NCBI GenBank assembly: GCA_963713045.1
Contig: CAVQKE010000004.1
Coordinates: 480,001 to 544,000, forward strand
DNA length: 64,000 bases
Reading direction: 5' to 3'
DNA from: an uncultured delta proteobacterium
GTDB taxonomy: Bacteria; Myxococcota; Myxococcia; Myxococcales; Myxococcaceae
Shown here: positions 19,893-30,301 of the stretch, piece after piece
How positions within the stretch are numbered: the stretch's first letter is position 1
How the letters are laid out: the number at the start of each line of letters is the position of its first letter
The notes under the pieces: model-generated
The model's database searches: none
What the model was told of the DNA's origin: nothing
Seen by the model: only the letters and a program-made list of their open reading frames with translations
Made by a program: the position numbers and the translations under genes

Positions 19893-21584
19893 ATGAAAAG
19901 GCGAGAACCGACGACCGTGCTGGGAAAGGGCGGAGAGGCCAAAGCCCCCAACCTGGCCGCCGGCACCCCTGTGGGTGCTGAGGCCAGCCGGCCCAACGAC
20001 AACCCTTCGCCGGCGAAAGGTTGGAGCTCCGGACACCTCCACGATGAAAAGGTCCTCATCTTGGATTTCGGGAGCCAATACACGCAGCTCATCGCCCGTC
20101 GCGTTCGAGAGTTGGGCGTCTACTGTGAAATTCACCGCCCCGACCTGCCCCTGGCCCAAATCCGCTCGTTCGCTCCGCGGGGAATTATTCTGTCCGGCGG
20201 ACCGATGTCCGTGGAAGCGACGGGCAGTCCAATTTGCGACCCGAGCCTGTTCGACCTCGGAGTCCCGGTGTTGGGCATCTGCTACGGGCTTCAACTGATG
20301 GCGAAGCTGCTCGGCGGCAAGGTGGACGCTGCTGCACATCGTGAGTTCGGTCCTGCCCAAGTCGAAGTGCTCGCTGCGCGCGGTCCTTTGACACCCTTCA
20401 CCACGGGCGAAAAGCTGAATGTGTGGATGAGCCACGGAGACCGGGTGGAAGCGCTGCCTCCGGGCTTTCAGGCCATCGCCCGGACGCCGAGCGCGCCCTT
20501 TGCAGCCGCAGCACACTCGGAACGCGCATTGTACGGCATTCAATTTCATCCGGAGGTGGTTCACACGCCGCGCGGCAAGGAAATGCTCCGCGCCTTTCTC
20601 TTCGATGAATGCAAGCTGTCCGGTAGCTGGACGATGAAGGGGTTCGCTCAAGAGGCGGTCGACATCATCCGGGAGCAGGTTGGGCCAACCGGGAGAGTCA
20701 TCTGTGGCTTGTCCGGCGGAGTGGACAGCTCAGTTGCCGCCCTTCTCATCCACCGGGCCATTGGCGACCGGCTGACATGCATCTTCGTCGACAATGGGCT
20801 CCTCCGGGCGGGCGAGCGCGAGCAAGTGGAAGCCCTTTTTCAGGGCGCCTTGCATGTTCCGCTGCGCACGGTCGACGCACGAACTCGGTTTCTCGACGCG
20901 CTAGCTGGCGTCACTGACCCGGAGAAGAAGCGGAAAATCATCGGCCGGGAATTCATCACCGTCTTCGAAGCGGCAGCACACGACATACGAGGCGCCGAGT
21001 TTCTCGCCCAAGGCACGCTTTACCCGGACGTCATCGAATCGGTATCGACCAAAGGCCCCTCGGCAACCATCAAGAGTCACCACAACGTGGGCGGCCTGCC
21101 AGCGGTCATGAAGCTGAAGCTGGTTGAGCCCTTGCGCGAGCTCTTCAAGGACGAGGTGCGCGAGCTTGGCCGTGAGCTCGGCCTCAGCGAGCCTCTGGTT
21201 CGCCGACACCCCTTTCCGGGGCCAGGGCTCGCGGTGCGGGTGCTTGGTCCCGTCACCGAAGAACGTCTGGAGCTGGTTCGCCGAGCCGATTCCATCGTCC
21301 AAGAGGAAGTTCGCGGTGCCGGCCTCTATGACAGTGTCTGGCAGGCCTTCGCCGTCCTTCTGCCGATTCAAAGTGTGGGGGTAATGGGGGATGAGAGAAC
21401 TTATGAATCCACTTGCGTCATTCGCGCCGTCAATTCGGTCGACGGGATGACGGCGGACTGGGCGCGGCTACCTCACGACCTTCTTGCACGAATGTCGTCG
21501 CGTATCACCAATGAGGTTCGGGGCATCAATCGCGTTGTCTACGACATTTCGAGCAAGCCGCCAGCGACCATCGAGTGGGAGTGA
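19893..21584 (+). CDS. guaA: GMP synthase (glutamine-hydrolysing)
   Basis: [34 protein letters not shown]; start uncertain (low-complexity N-terminal extension). Confidence 0.97.
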   Translation: MKRREPTTVLGKGGEAKAPNLAAGTPVGAEASRPNDNPSPAKGWSSGHLHDEKVLILDFGSQYTQLIARRVRELGVYCEIHRPDLPLAQIRSFAPRGIILSGGPMSVEATGSPICDPSLFDLGVPVLGICYGLQLMAKLLGGKVDAAAHREFGPAQVEVLAARGPLTPFTTGEKLNVWMSHGDRVEALPPGFQAIARTPSAPFAAAAHSERALYGIQFHPEVVHTPRGKEMLRAFLFDECKLSGSWTMKGFAQEAVDIIREQVGPTGRVICGLSGGVDSSVAALLIHRAIGDRLTCIFVDNGLLRAGEREQVEALFQGALHVPLRTVDARTRFLDALAGVTDPEKKRKIIGREFITVFEAAAHDIRGAEFLAQGTLYPDVIESVSTKGPSATIKSHHNVGGLPAVMKLKLVEPLRELFKDEVRELGRELGLSEPLVRRHPFPGPGLAVRVLGPVTEERLELVRRADSIVQEEVRGAGLYDSVWQAFAVLLPIQSVGVMGDERTYESTCVIRAVNSVDGMTADWARLPHDLLARMSSRITNEVRGINRVVYDISSKPPATIEWE

Positions 21585-21626
21585 ACCGCGAGCCCCAGCT
21601 GCCGGGACCTGCGTCTTGGAGTGGCT

Positions 21627-23135
21627 TTAGATGAAGTGCCTCTGTTTGGGGAAAATCTTCCAGAGCGGCTCATAGCTGCCACGACAAACGACGATGCTCA
21701 AGTTGCTCTCGTAAGGCATCGCGTATTCATTGTGGTGCGTGCCGCCAAGCCTGGCGTCCGCACAGAACTTGCTGTCCTCCTCAACAGTCGCATTCATGTC
21801 AATCATCACGTCGGCGTCGAGGTTCGATCCGGGGCCCCAGGTGAAATAGGCGTTGTGACCACTAATGGCTGGTGGCAAGCCCAGTGCCGGGCCAAAGAAG
21901 TTGATGGCCGAAGCTTCGCCATAGTTGTCCACGAGAATGTAGGCCCGACCACGCTCTTCGTTTGAAAGCGTGCCGTACACCTTAGCCATGCTCGCGGCGA
22001 GCTCCGGCCAGCCGAACATGTCAGCCCAGTACTGCGGTAGCTTATTGAGCTTCTGGTTCTCGCCGGCGGTGGGTCTGATGTGGAGTGCATCCTCGTATCG
22101 GATGAATGTTTCAATCGGCAGGACAGGCAACGCCATCGGAAGCAGCACCAGCCCGGTGACCACCGCCACGCCCGCCACCGCGCCTCTCAGAATTGGCGCC
22201 CCTCGCATCCACGACGCCAACTGCACTGCCCCGGCGGCAAACAGCACCGGATAGATGGGCATCAGGTAATAGTCCTTGGCGTGAAGCACGAAGAAGACGC
22301 AGTACAGGACCAGGTAGCAGATGCCGATCCATCGGAGCTCAGCGCGGCGCCAGACCGTCCAGAGTCCCACCAGCCAGACCGGTGCGTACAAGGGGTTGAG
22401 CATCTTGAGTTGCGCGAGCGCGAACGCTCCTGGGCCAAGCACCACATTCTTTCCGTGCGAGCCATTGCGCAGTAACTCGAGGAAAGGAAGGCCGTGGGCG
22501 AACTGCCAGACGACGCTCGGGATGCCCAGGACGACGCCCATCACAACCGCCACCTGGAAGGAACGCGTTCGAAGGACGCGGCGCGTCGGGGTGAGCGCGA
22601 TTCCCGTCAAGACGGCCAACGCGAAGAAGGCAATGCTGTACTTCGACAGCGCCCCCACCCCAAGCGCAACCCCTAGCCAGAGGCTTAGCCAGAGGCTAGT
22701 GCGGACGTCCTCCCCTCGCGTTGCAAGGCGCCAGATGAACAAAGTCGACGCAGTCCAGACCAACGGTTGAAACACATCGGTGGTCAGCAGGACTCCCTGC
22801 AGAAGCAGGGTGGGAGCCAGTGTGACACAGAGGGCGGTCAGGGCCTGGGCAAAGCGGTCACCGCCGAATTCCTGAGCGAGGACTGCACTGAGGTACGTCA
22901 CTCCCGCCGCGCAAAGCGCAGGAACCAGCCGGAGTGCAAAGAGCGACGTTCCGAACAGCTGCGATGCGGCTGCGACCCACGGGACCAGCGGAGGTTGGTC
23001 GACGTAACCTAGGGCCGGGTGTCGCCCGCAGATGATGAAGTAAAGCTCATCGCGGAAGAATCCATAGTGAGCATTCCCCGCCAAGTGCAGGACCAATGCG
23101 GCGAGCGCTCCCCACAAGGGCACGCTTCGCTTCAT
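21627..23135 (-). CDS. GT-C fold glycosyltransferase (family 39/PMT_2, ArnT-like)
   Basis: FRDELYF, GYVDQPPL, multiple TM helices, soluble C-terminal domain. Confidence 0.85.
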   Translation of the reverse strand: MKRSVPLWGALAALVLHLAGNAHYGFFRDELYFIICGRHPALGYVDQPPLVPWVAAASQLFGTSLFALRLVPALCAAGVTYLSAVLAQEFGGDRFAQALTALCVTLAPTLLLQGVLLTTDVFQPLVWTASTLFIWRLATRGEDVRTSLWLSLWLGVALGVGALSKYSIAFFALAVLTGIALTPTRRVLRTRSFQVAVVMGVVLGIPSVVWQFAHGLPFLELLRNGSHGKNVVLGPGAFALAQLKMLNPLYAPVWLVGLWTVWRRAELRWIGICYLVLYCVFFVLHAKDYYLMPIYPVLFAAGAVQLASWMRGAPILRGAVAGVAVVTGLVLLPMALPVLPIETFIRYEDALHIRPTAGENQKLNKLPQYWADMFGWPELAASMAKVYGTLSNEERGRAYILVDNYGEASAINFFGPALGLPPAISGHNAYFTWGPGSNLDADVMIDMNATVEEDSKFCADARLGGTHHNEYAMPYESNLSIVVCRGSYEPLWKIFPKQRHFI

Positions 23136-23313
23136 GCCTTCGCCTCCCTAGCAGCGCGACCGGCGAGTCAGCCGCCTCGGAGCTTAAGGCGCTCCATCGG
23201 GCGACATAGAAAGCCTGAGGTGGCGACTCTGCGTCAAGCAGAAGCCACGCCAGCGGCGCATCCGAGTCCCGGGCCGGCGCCGGGGGGCCTGAAAGCACAG
23301 ACCGAGGGTCCCC

Positions 23314-24968
23314 TCACGGGCCTGGGCCAGTGTCGGTGCAGCCGGAGGTTTGGCAGTAGGACGAAACGGCACCTCCCGGACCGCCATCGGGCAGCAACAC
23401 CGGCGCCGGCGTACCGAAGGAGTTGCCGCTTCCCGTGTAGCTCGAATAGGACGAAGATTGGATGTCAAACAGCGTTATTCCGTACGAAGGATAGTTTTCA
23501 ATTCGGCAGTTGGCGATGGTGGGCCCCGGGACCGTACTTGCGTAGCCCAAGTCGTTAGCGACTGTGATGGCACCCGTTCCATAGCCAGGAGGTCCGTTGG
23601 GGATGCTGTTGTTGGCATATTCAACCACTGCGTACGTGAGCGAAGAGGGGGTTTGGCCTATGGTGGGTTGCCCCCCTACGGAAAAATTGATCCCTCCCCA
23701 CGCTCCTCCGTCTGTGCTCGTAAATACGAGCGGGCTGCCATTCGTTCCATTCGCGACCAGAAAGCCGAGCCCCAGCGCAGCTGGGTCGACGTCCAACTCG
23801 GTGTTTGGAATGAACTCGAACGTATTCGGCGCAGAAATGGTGAGCGTGGCAGCGTTGCCGTTTTGAGGTCCTCCGAGTTCCAGGGTTGCGAGGCTGAGAA
23901 TTGGCACTGGAAGGCTTGGCCACGTCTGTGTTGTGAGGATGTCACAGTACCCGGGGTTGACGTACGAGTTGAACGCTACGACCGCGTTTGGACTCGGGGG
24001 CGTCGAGGGTGCCGAGATGGACGTCGGGAGGGTCGAAGCCTGATTTGCCTCAATGACGAACGGGTAGTGCCCGGTCATTTCCCAAGAGCTGACAGTGATG
24101 CTGCCTGAGCCCATCGCGAAGCCGGTGTCGACTCCGGCGAAGACGATGCCGTGACCGGCCGAGTTCTGAATGGATAGGTTGCTTAGTACGGGGGATGGTG
24201 ACGTAAGCGCACTCACCACGTCTCCGCCTTCGACAGTAAGGGCCGCAGTGTCCGAGAGCCCGTTTGCGCCCGGTCCTCCGGCGAAGTTGATGGTCGCGAA
24301 CGTGATGACGCTACCTGCGTCGACCGCCGCGCTGCTCTGGGGTCCAATCACAATCCCCCCCAGTCGCCGGCAACGGGCGACGTGGTTGCTGACGTGAAGA
24401 TGATTCCCGAAGAGCTCGTCCCTTGAGCCACCAGTGAACCGGGTTCTGTGAGACCCACGATTAAAGCCGTTCCATTGGCGAACTCGACCGTGGTTCCCGG
24501 ACCGATGGTGAGAACGGGATTGGCGGCTCCTCCGACGACCGCCGTCACCGGAACCGACCACACGCAACCGGCATCTAGAGTGAGGCTCGAAGTCACCGCC
24601 GCAGGAATGGTGCAACCCGGCGCGACAAACGTGAATCCGTTGACGAGTTCTCCTGTAGTTCCATCCGGATTGGTAACTGTCACGTTGACGAGACCCGGCT
24701 CGCCGGGGGGCGTACTGGCAGAAAGGCTCGTCGCAGTGTTGAAGCCGACAAACGTTGCCTGCGCCGTGCCGAATTTAACGGTTGCACCGCTTTCAAAGTT
24801 CGTCCCCGAAATGACAACCGCAGTGCCACCCAACGTAGACCCCGAACTCGGACTAGCGCTCGTCACGGTGACGGCGGTCGAGCCGCCCGAACTCCCGCCA
24901 GAGCTACATGCCGAAAGCGCGATTGCCCCGAGGGTTGCTATCGCCAATCGAATGGCACCACGTCTCAT
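23314..24968 (-). pseudogene. IPT/TIG-domain surface lipoprotein with beta-helix-like C-terminus, frameshifted at a G7 run
   Basis: Lipobox LSAC and IPT/TIG motif in one frame; continues as GGIVIGPQ in another frame after the C7 run at 24355-24361. One extra G joins them. Confidence 0.8.
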
Positions 24969-25266
24969 GGACTCTCCCAACATTGGTCTGTTACCGAACG
25001 CTACCAAAGGGCGTGGCTGTCGTCCGTCTGCGGTTGGGCCGCCGACTGAGCAAAGCCACGCCTGCATCTTCCTGCCCATGCCGCGCTATTGGCCCTCCGC
25101 CCGTCCAGCAACGGTCAAGAGTTCCACCGTGCTTCTCAGCACTCGCGTCCGTCATGCGCCTCCGTCCGCCACGTGCGCGAAGCTACTCAGCCGTAAGGAA
25201 AGGTGGCATTTCGGAGACGGTCGAGGGACGGAAAGTCCCGGGCGAATTCAAGCCGAGTTGGGACCT

Positions 25267-27417
25267 CTAACGGCCGCTTCCAACCGGAGCGGGCACGTTT
25301 GCGGGAGCGATCTCGTCCAAGAGGGGCTTCGCTCCGTAGATGCGGTCCAGCGCATGCAGCAGGGCGCTCGAATGAACGCTGACCGCACGATTGCTGGCGC
25401 CGTTGAAGAAATAATCCCCTCCGAGGGAGGCACTATTGCCGTCGAACACCAGCCCAACGACCTCCGCTTTCTGATTGAGGAGAGGCGAGCCGGAGTTTCC
25501 ACCAATGATGTCGTTGTCCGAAACTTGGTTGAGGGGCGTCTCAAGGTCCAGCCGAGAACGGGCCGCCAACCAGGAATTGGGAAGCTCGAACGGGACCAGG
25601 CCTGTGGCGTGCTCAAAGGCGCCGGCAAAGTTGGTGAACGCCGGGACCGTCCGCGAGCCACCGCTGCCGTCGGGCTCCGTCCAACCCTTCATGGTTCCGT
25701 AAGAAAGGCGCGGGCTAAAGGTCGCATCAGGATAAGTGCTGATGCCGCTGAGAGCGAAGTGGGCACGGGCGAGCTTTGCAGATTCCCGGGTCACAACGGC
25801 TTCGACCTCTTGCTCATAGCGCTGTCGAACTGCGCGGGCCTCAGGCTCAACCAGACGCGCCAGTACGACCATTGGGTCAGTGCTGGCTGCAAGAGCGGCC
25901 GCCCCTCCAGCCTTCAGAGCAACACGGACATTCTGGTCACTCAGCTTCGTTCCCTTGATTACCTCTGTCGCAAGGTCCCGCGGAGACTTGTTTCCAAGCA
26001 CCTTCTTAACCAACGGGTCCTCTGAGCCAAGCAGTTCGCGTAGCTTGCTCAGCGAGAAGGTAAGTAGCTCAATTTCGAGCTCTGAATGAATTGGAGCCGT
26101 GCTTGCCAACCGAGCCTCGATGGCCGGCAACTGCGCATCGGTGTACTCTCTCAGGCGCTCCCCGTTGGGCTTCGACGTCTCCTCAGCGAGACGAACCAGT
26201 TGTCGCGCGATGTTAAACAGCACACCACTAAAGCCCGCTCCGTCAAGCAGGAGATTGCGAACGTAGAAGGTGCGGTACTTCGCCAGGGCGTTAGCAATGG
26301 CCTCGAAGGAACCAACGCTCCGCACATAGAACGCGCGTTTTGCCGCTGCAGCAGCGTCGACGGAATTCGGCGCGTCTTCCTCCTTGGTGGCTGCGGCAAT
26401 CTTGGTGCGAAAGTCCGCCTCAGCCGCACGCTTGGCAGCCATGAAAGCGGGGTCCATCAAACTTGCTTGGCGCCCGTTCCAAGCTTTGAGGTTGTTCTCC
26501 AGGCCAAAGAGTTCTGACTGCCTAACTCGCTTCTGCTCGGGACCGCCCTTTGTGCCGAACTCCTTGAGAAGCGCCCGTAGTTCAGAGAAATACTGCTGCT
26601 GCACTGGTTCCGAAACGTCTCGGATGAACTCGAGTTGGGAGACCGTAAAAAGGCGCGACGTACTCCCCGGATCGCCGGCAACAAACACAAGCTCCCCCTC
26701 CTTAGCGCCCGCTACACTCCACCGCAGCCAATGGTCGAGCTTCGCTGGCCTCCCTTCGTCGTAAACGCGCAGGAAGGAGACATCTAGGTCATAGCGGGGG
26801 AACTCGAAATTGTCAGAGTCCCCTCCGAAAAAGGCGATACTGAATTCGGGGACAAAGACCAGACGGACGTCCTGAAAGCGACGGTAGCGGTAGAGCAGGT
26901 ATTTGCCACCGTCATAAAAGGTCACAACATCACAGTGCAGTTGCCTGCTGTTGGCGCAGCGCTTTTCGGCGTCGCTCATCGCTTGCTGCTCCGCCCTGGC
27001 GAAATCGCGGCCGCTCTTACCAGCTGTCGCAGTCTGAATGCTGTCGGTGATGTCGGTCATCTCCAGCAATTGCTGCACTTCCATCGCCGGACACTGCCGT
27101 TCCTCGGTAGGCGCGCGGGCGTAAAACCCATTCGCGAGGAGGTTTTTGCCCGGCGTCGAGAGTTCCTCAAGACAACCAAGCACGCAGTGGTGAGCGGTCA
27201 TCACCAGGCCGTTGGGGGAGACAAAGCTTGCCGAACACCCGCCCGCGATCCGGACGGTGGACAGCCGCACGTTGTCCAACCATGCCGCCTCGGGTCCAAA
27301 GCCGTAGCGCTGTCTGACTGTGCTGCTCGGAAACATGTCGAACGTCCACATGCCCTCGTCCGCTTGGGCGGACGTTGCGAAGAGCAACAGAGCGGCGGTT
27401 GAAATCAGGATGCGCAT
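25267..27417 (-). CDS. S46 family dipeptidyl peptidase (DPP7/DAP BII-like)
   Basis: Signal + ADEGMW, TAHHC, YPDATF, DIIGGNSGSP, FDGN. Confidence 0.93.
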   Translation of the reverse strand: MRILISTAALLLFATSAQADEGMWTFDMFPSSTVRQRYGFGPEAAWLDNVRLSTVRIAGGCSASFVSPNGLVMTAHHCVLGCLEELSTPGKNLLANGFYARAPTEERQCPAMEVQQLLEMTDITDSIQTATAGKSGRDFARAEQQAMSDAEKRCANSRQLHCDVVTFYDGGKYLLYRYRRFQDVRLVFVPEFSIAFFGGDSDNFEFPRYDLDVSFLRVYDEGRPAKLDHWLRWSVAGAKEGELVFVAGDPGSTSRLFTVSQLEFIRDVSEPVQQQYFSELRALLKEFGTKGGPEQKRVRQSELFGLENNLKAWNGRQASLMDPAFMAAKRAAEADFRTKIAAATKEEDAPNSVDAAAAAKRAFYVRSVGSFEAIANALAKYRTFYVRNLLLDGAGFSGVLFNIARQLVRLAEETSKPNGERLREYTDAQLPAIEARLASTAPIHSELEIELLTFSLSKLRELLGSEDPLVKKVLGNKSPRDLATEVIKGTKLSDQNVRVALKAGGAAALAASTDPMVVLARLVEPEARAVRQRYEQEVEAVVTRESAKLARAHFALSGISTYPDATFSPRLSYGTMKGWTEPDGSGGSRTVPAFTNFAGAFEHATGLVPFELPNSWLAARSRLDLETPLNQVSDNDIIGGNSGSPLLNQKAEVVGLVFDGNSASLGGDYFFNGASNRAVSVHSSALLHALDRIYGAKPLLDEIAPANVPAPVGSGR

Positions 27418-27551
27418 CGAGCGGGCATCCCCGAGCGGGGAGATGGACATCTCAAGAGATAAACCGAGCTTAGGTTCAAGCGGGTCGACTCCAAGAGACC
27501 GGCCCTCAACGCCGTTGTCTTCACATCCAAACCGAGAGCAGAGTGGGACCC

Positions 27552-28217
27552 ATGGCGGATATGCAGACGGTTGGACTTTTCGTCGAGACACTGTCGGGCC
27601 CCGGAGTTTTGCACGAATTGACCGGCGTCGTGGCTCGACACCGGGGGGACATCACCTCGGTCGAGATCGTGGAGCAGTCGGCGGCAAGCGCGCGGGTTTC
27701 CTTCGAGGTCGCGATGCCTCCGGAATTCGTGCCGATGCTGAAACAGGAGCTCGAGGCGCTCTCTGTCGTTCGGGCCGTTGCCATCGTCCCCACATTAGGG
27801 ACCATTTACGGCAAGAGACTTATCATCATGGGAGGAGGCGCGCAGGTGGGGCAGGTCGCTCTAGGCGCCATCTCCGAGGCTGACCGTCACAACATCCGGG
27901 GCGAGCACATCTCGGTCGACACCATCCCCCTCGTCGGCGAGAAGGCGCTAGCCGAGGCGGTGCGTGCCGTGGCGCGACTTCCGAGAGCCAGCGCCTTGGT
28001 GCTCGCTGGCTCCTTGATGGGCGGCGAGATTGAACAGGCGGTGCGTGAAGTCCGAGCGCGTGGTTTGCTCGTCTTCAGCCTGAACATGGCCGGCAGCGTC
28101 CCGGATGCTGCCGATTTGGTGGTCACCGACCCAGTTCAGGCAGGCGTCATGGCCGTGATGGCAGTTGCCGACACGGCGAAGTTCACCCTGGAGCGACTCA
28201 AACGTCGGGTTTTCTGA
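27552..28217 (+). CDS. ACT + DUF5612 protein (COG1707, EhbQ-like)
   Basis: ACT-like PGVLHELT; GKRLIIMGGGAQVGQVALGAISEADRHNIRGEHISVDTIP matches the family as recalled. Confidence 0.85.
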   Translation: MADMQTVGLFVETLSGPGVLHELTGVVARHRGDITSVEIVEQSAASARVSFEVAMPPEFVPMLKQELEALSVVRAVAIVPTLGTIYGKRLIIMGGGAQVGQVALGAISEADRHNIRGEHISVDTIPLVGEKALAEAVRAVARLPRASALVLAGSLMGGEIEQAVREVRARGLLVFSLNMAGSVPDAADLVVTDPVQAGVMAVMAVADTAKFTLERLKRRVF

Positions 28218-28332
28218 AGCTGGTTGGGCATGACTCGGCGGGAATTGGCTCCGGAATACGGAGGGGCCGTTGGCCTTCGCGGAGCTTGAGTCCCGGCGCC
28301 GAGGGGCATGCCGAACCCACCTCGTCTATTGC

Positions 28333-28752
28333 CTAGTACCCTTGGATGTAGCCCTGCATCTGTTCGATGAGGAACTGCTTGTCCTCTAGCATCATCTGGA
28401 TGACATCCCGCATCGAGATGATTCCTACCGGCCGACCCTCTTCTTCGACGATGAGATGTCGAGTCTCATGTTCCTTCATGCGACTCGCGCAGTCGACTTC
28501 GGTGATGGACTCCGGAATCGCAGGAAGGTCTCGCCGCATCGCCTCGCCGACGGGCGTGTCGTTTCCCAATCCGCGCGCCATCACCCGAGTCGCGAGGTCC
28601 CTTTCCGTCAACAACCCGATGACGCGCTTGTTTTGGTGCACTGCGACGGCACCAATCCGGTGCTTCGCCATGAGGGACGCGGCTTCTTGGCATGTCGCTG
28701 CCGCGTCTAGCCCGATGACGTTTCGGACGATGTACTTCTCAATGCTTGCCAT
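28333..28752 (-). CDS. Stand-alone CBS-pair protein
   Basis: IGAVAV...GLLTERD and RHLIV...GIISMRD. Confidence 0.9.
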   Translation of the reverse strand: MASIEKYIVRNVIGLDAAATCQEAASLMAKHRIGAVAVHQNKRVIGLLTERDLATRVMARGLGNDTPVGEAMRRDLPAIPESITEVDCASRMKEHETRHLIVEEEGRPVGIISMRDVIQMMLEDKQFLIEQMQGYIQGY

Positions 28753-28918
28753 CTGTCCATACCTCCCGCGGCCACTCACCAATGACGTGCGAACCGCTGT
28801 TGCTGGGGCAGCGACTTCCTCTGCCTTTCGCCTGTCGAAGCCTGACGCAAAGGTGTGCTCGCCTGCAAATTCCGATGGGATTGAAGTCGGGGCGCTGGGC
28901 TAGGCTTGAAGCGCATTC

Positions 28919-30301
28919 ATGGCTCATCATCAGACGATTGGAACAACACGCTACGTATTCGAGGACTTGCGAACTCTTCTTGCGCGGGCCAGTCCCTTCC
29001 GTTCAGGCGATGCGTTGGCCGGAATCAGCGCGAAGGAGGCCACCGAGCGGGTTGCCGCTCAACGAGCTCTCGCCGACGTGCCCTTAAGGAGGTTCCTGGT
29101 CGAGCCGGTTGTTCCCTATGAGGCCGACGATGTCACTCGCCTCATTCTCGACAGGCACGACCATCAAGCCTTCGCACCAGTGTCCCATCAGACGGTCGGC
29201 GAGTTTCGAGATTGGCTCTTATCGGATGCCGTCGACAGCGCCGCTCTGTCCGCTCTGGCGCCGGGGCTAACACCGGAAATGGCAGCAGCGGTGTCGAAAC
29301 TTATGCGCCTGCAGGACCTGGTCTTGGTGGCTGCGAAGTGCGAAGTCGTCACCCGCTTCCGAAGTACGGTGGGCTTGCGCGGGCGAATGTCCACGCGACT
29401 CCAACCCAACCATCCCACCGATGATTTGCAGGGGATTGCTGCCGCTATTTTAGACGGGCTCTTCCTAGGTGCCGGAGATGCCGTCATTGGAATCAACCCG
29501 GTGACCGATAGCATCGAACGCTATGTTGAACTCACGGCGCTGGTCGACCGTGTTCGCCAACACCTGGATATCCCTACCCAGTCGTGCGTCCTTGGACACG
29601 TCACGACCGCGCTCTCAGCGATCGAACGTCATGCTCCCGTAGATCTGGTTTTTCAGTCCATCGGCGGAACCGAAGGGACGAACCGCAGTTTCGGGGTGAC
29701 GCTCAGCATGCTCGCCGACGCACAACAGGCAGCGCTCGCCCTTCATCGCGGTACGGTGGGCGACCACGTTATGTATTTCGAGACGGGGCAGGGGAGTTCG
29801 CTTTCCGCCGAAGCCCACTGCGGGGTCGACCAGCAGACGCTCGAGGCCAGGGCCTATGGCGTGGCCCGCGCATATTCCCCGCTGCTGGTTAACAGCGTGG
29901 TCGGCTTCATCGGGCCGGAATACCTGGCCGACGGAAAGCAAATTGCTCGTGCCGGCCTCGAAGATCACTTCTGCGGGAAGCTTCTGGGCGTGCCGATGGG
30001 CTGTGACGTTTGCTACACGGTTCACGCGGACGCCGATCAAGATGACGTCGACGTACTGCTGACGCTGCTTGGCGTTGCAGGCTGCAACTACATCATGGGA
30101 GTGCCGGGGTCAGACGATGTGATGCTCAATTATCAGAGTACGTCATTTCACGATGCTCTTTACGTGCGCAAGGTGCTCGGCAAACGCCCGGCCCCCGAAT
30201 TTGAGGAATGGCTGGAGCGCATCGGGCTTGTCGATGGGGCCGGACACCTTCAGGAGCTCGAGCTTCCATCAGCCTTCCGACGTTTGCTGGGTGCCGTTTG
30301 A
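28919..30301 (+). CDS. eutB: Ethanolamine ammonia-lyase large subunit
   Basis: RSGD.LAG, RLQPNHPTDD, YFETGQGS, VVGFIGPEYL, LEDHFCGKL. Confidence 0.97.
   Translation: MAHHQTIGTTRYVFEDLRTLLARASPFRSGDALAGISAKEATERVAAQRALADVPLRRFLVEPVVPYEADDVTRLILDRHDHQAFAPVSHQTVGEFRDWLLSDAVDSAALSALAPGLTPEMAAAVSKLMRLQDLVLVAAKCEVVTRFRSTVGLRGRMSTRLQPNHPTDDLQGIAAAILDGLFLGAGDAVIGINPVTDSIERYVELTALVDRVRQHLDIPTQSCVLGHVTTALSAIERHAPVDLVFQSIGGTEGTNRSFGVTLSMLADAQQAALALHRGTVGDHVMYFETGQGSSLSAEAHCGVDQQTLEARAYGVARAYSPLLVNSVVGFIGPEYLADGKQIARAGLEDHFCGKLLGVPMGCDVCYTVHADADQDDVDVLLTLLGVAGCNYIMGVPGSDDVMLNYQSTSFHDALYVRKVLGKRPAPEFEEWLERIGLVDGAGHLQELELPSAFRRLLGAV

Noticed and set aside
24448..26025. 525-aa plus-strand ORF
   Set aside because: Antisense shadow of the IPT/TIG and S46 peptidase genes; no motifs.
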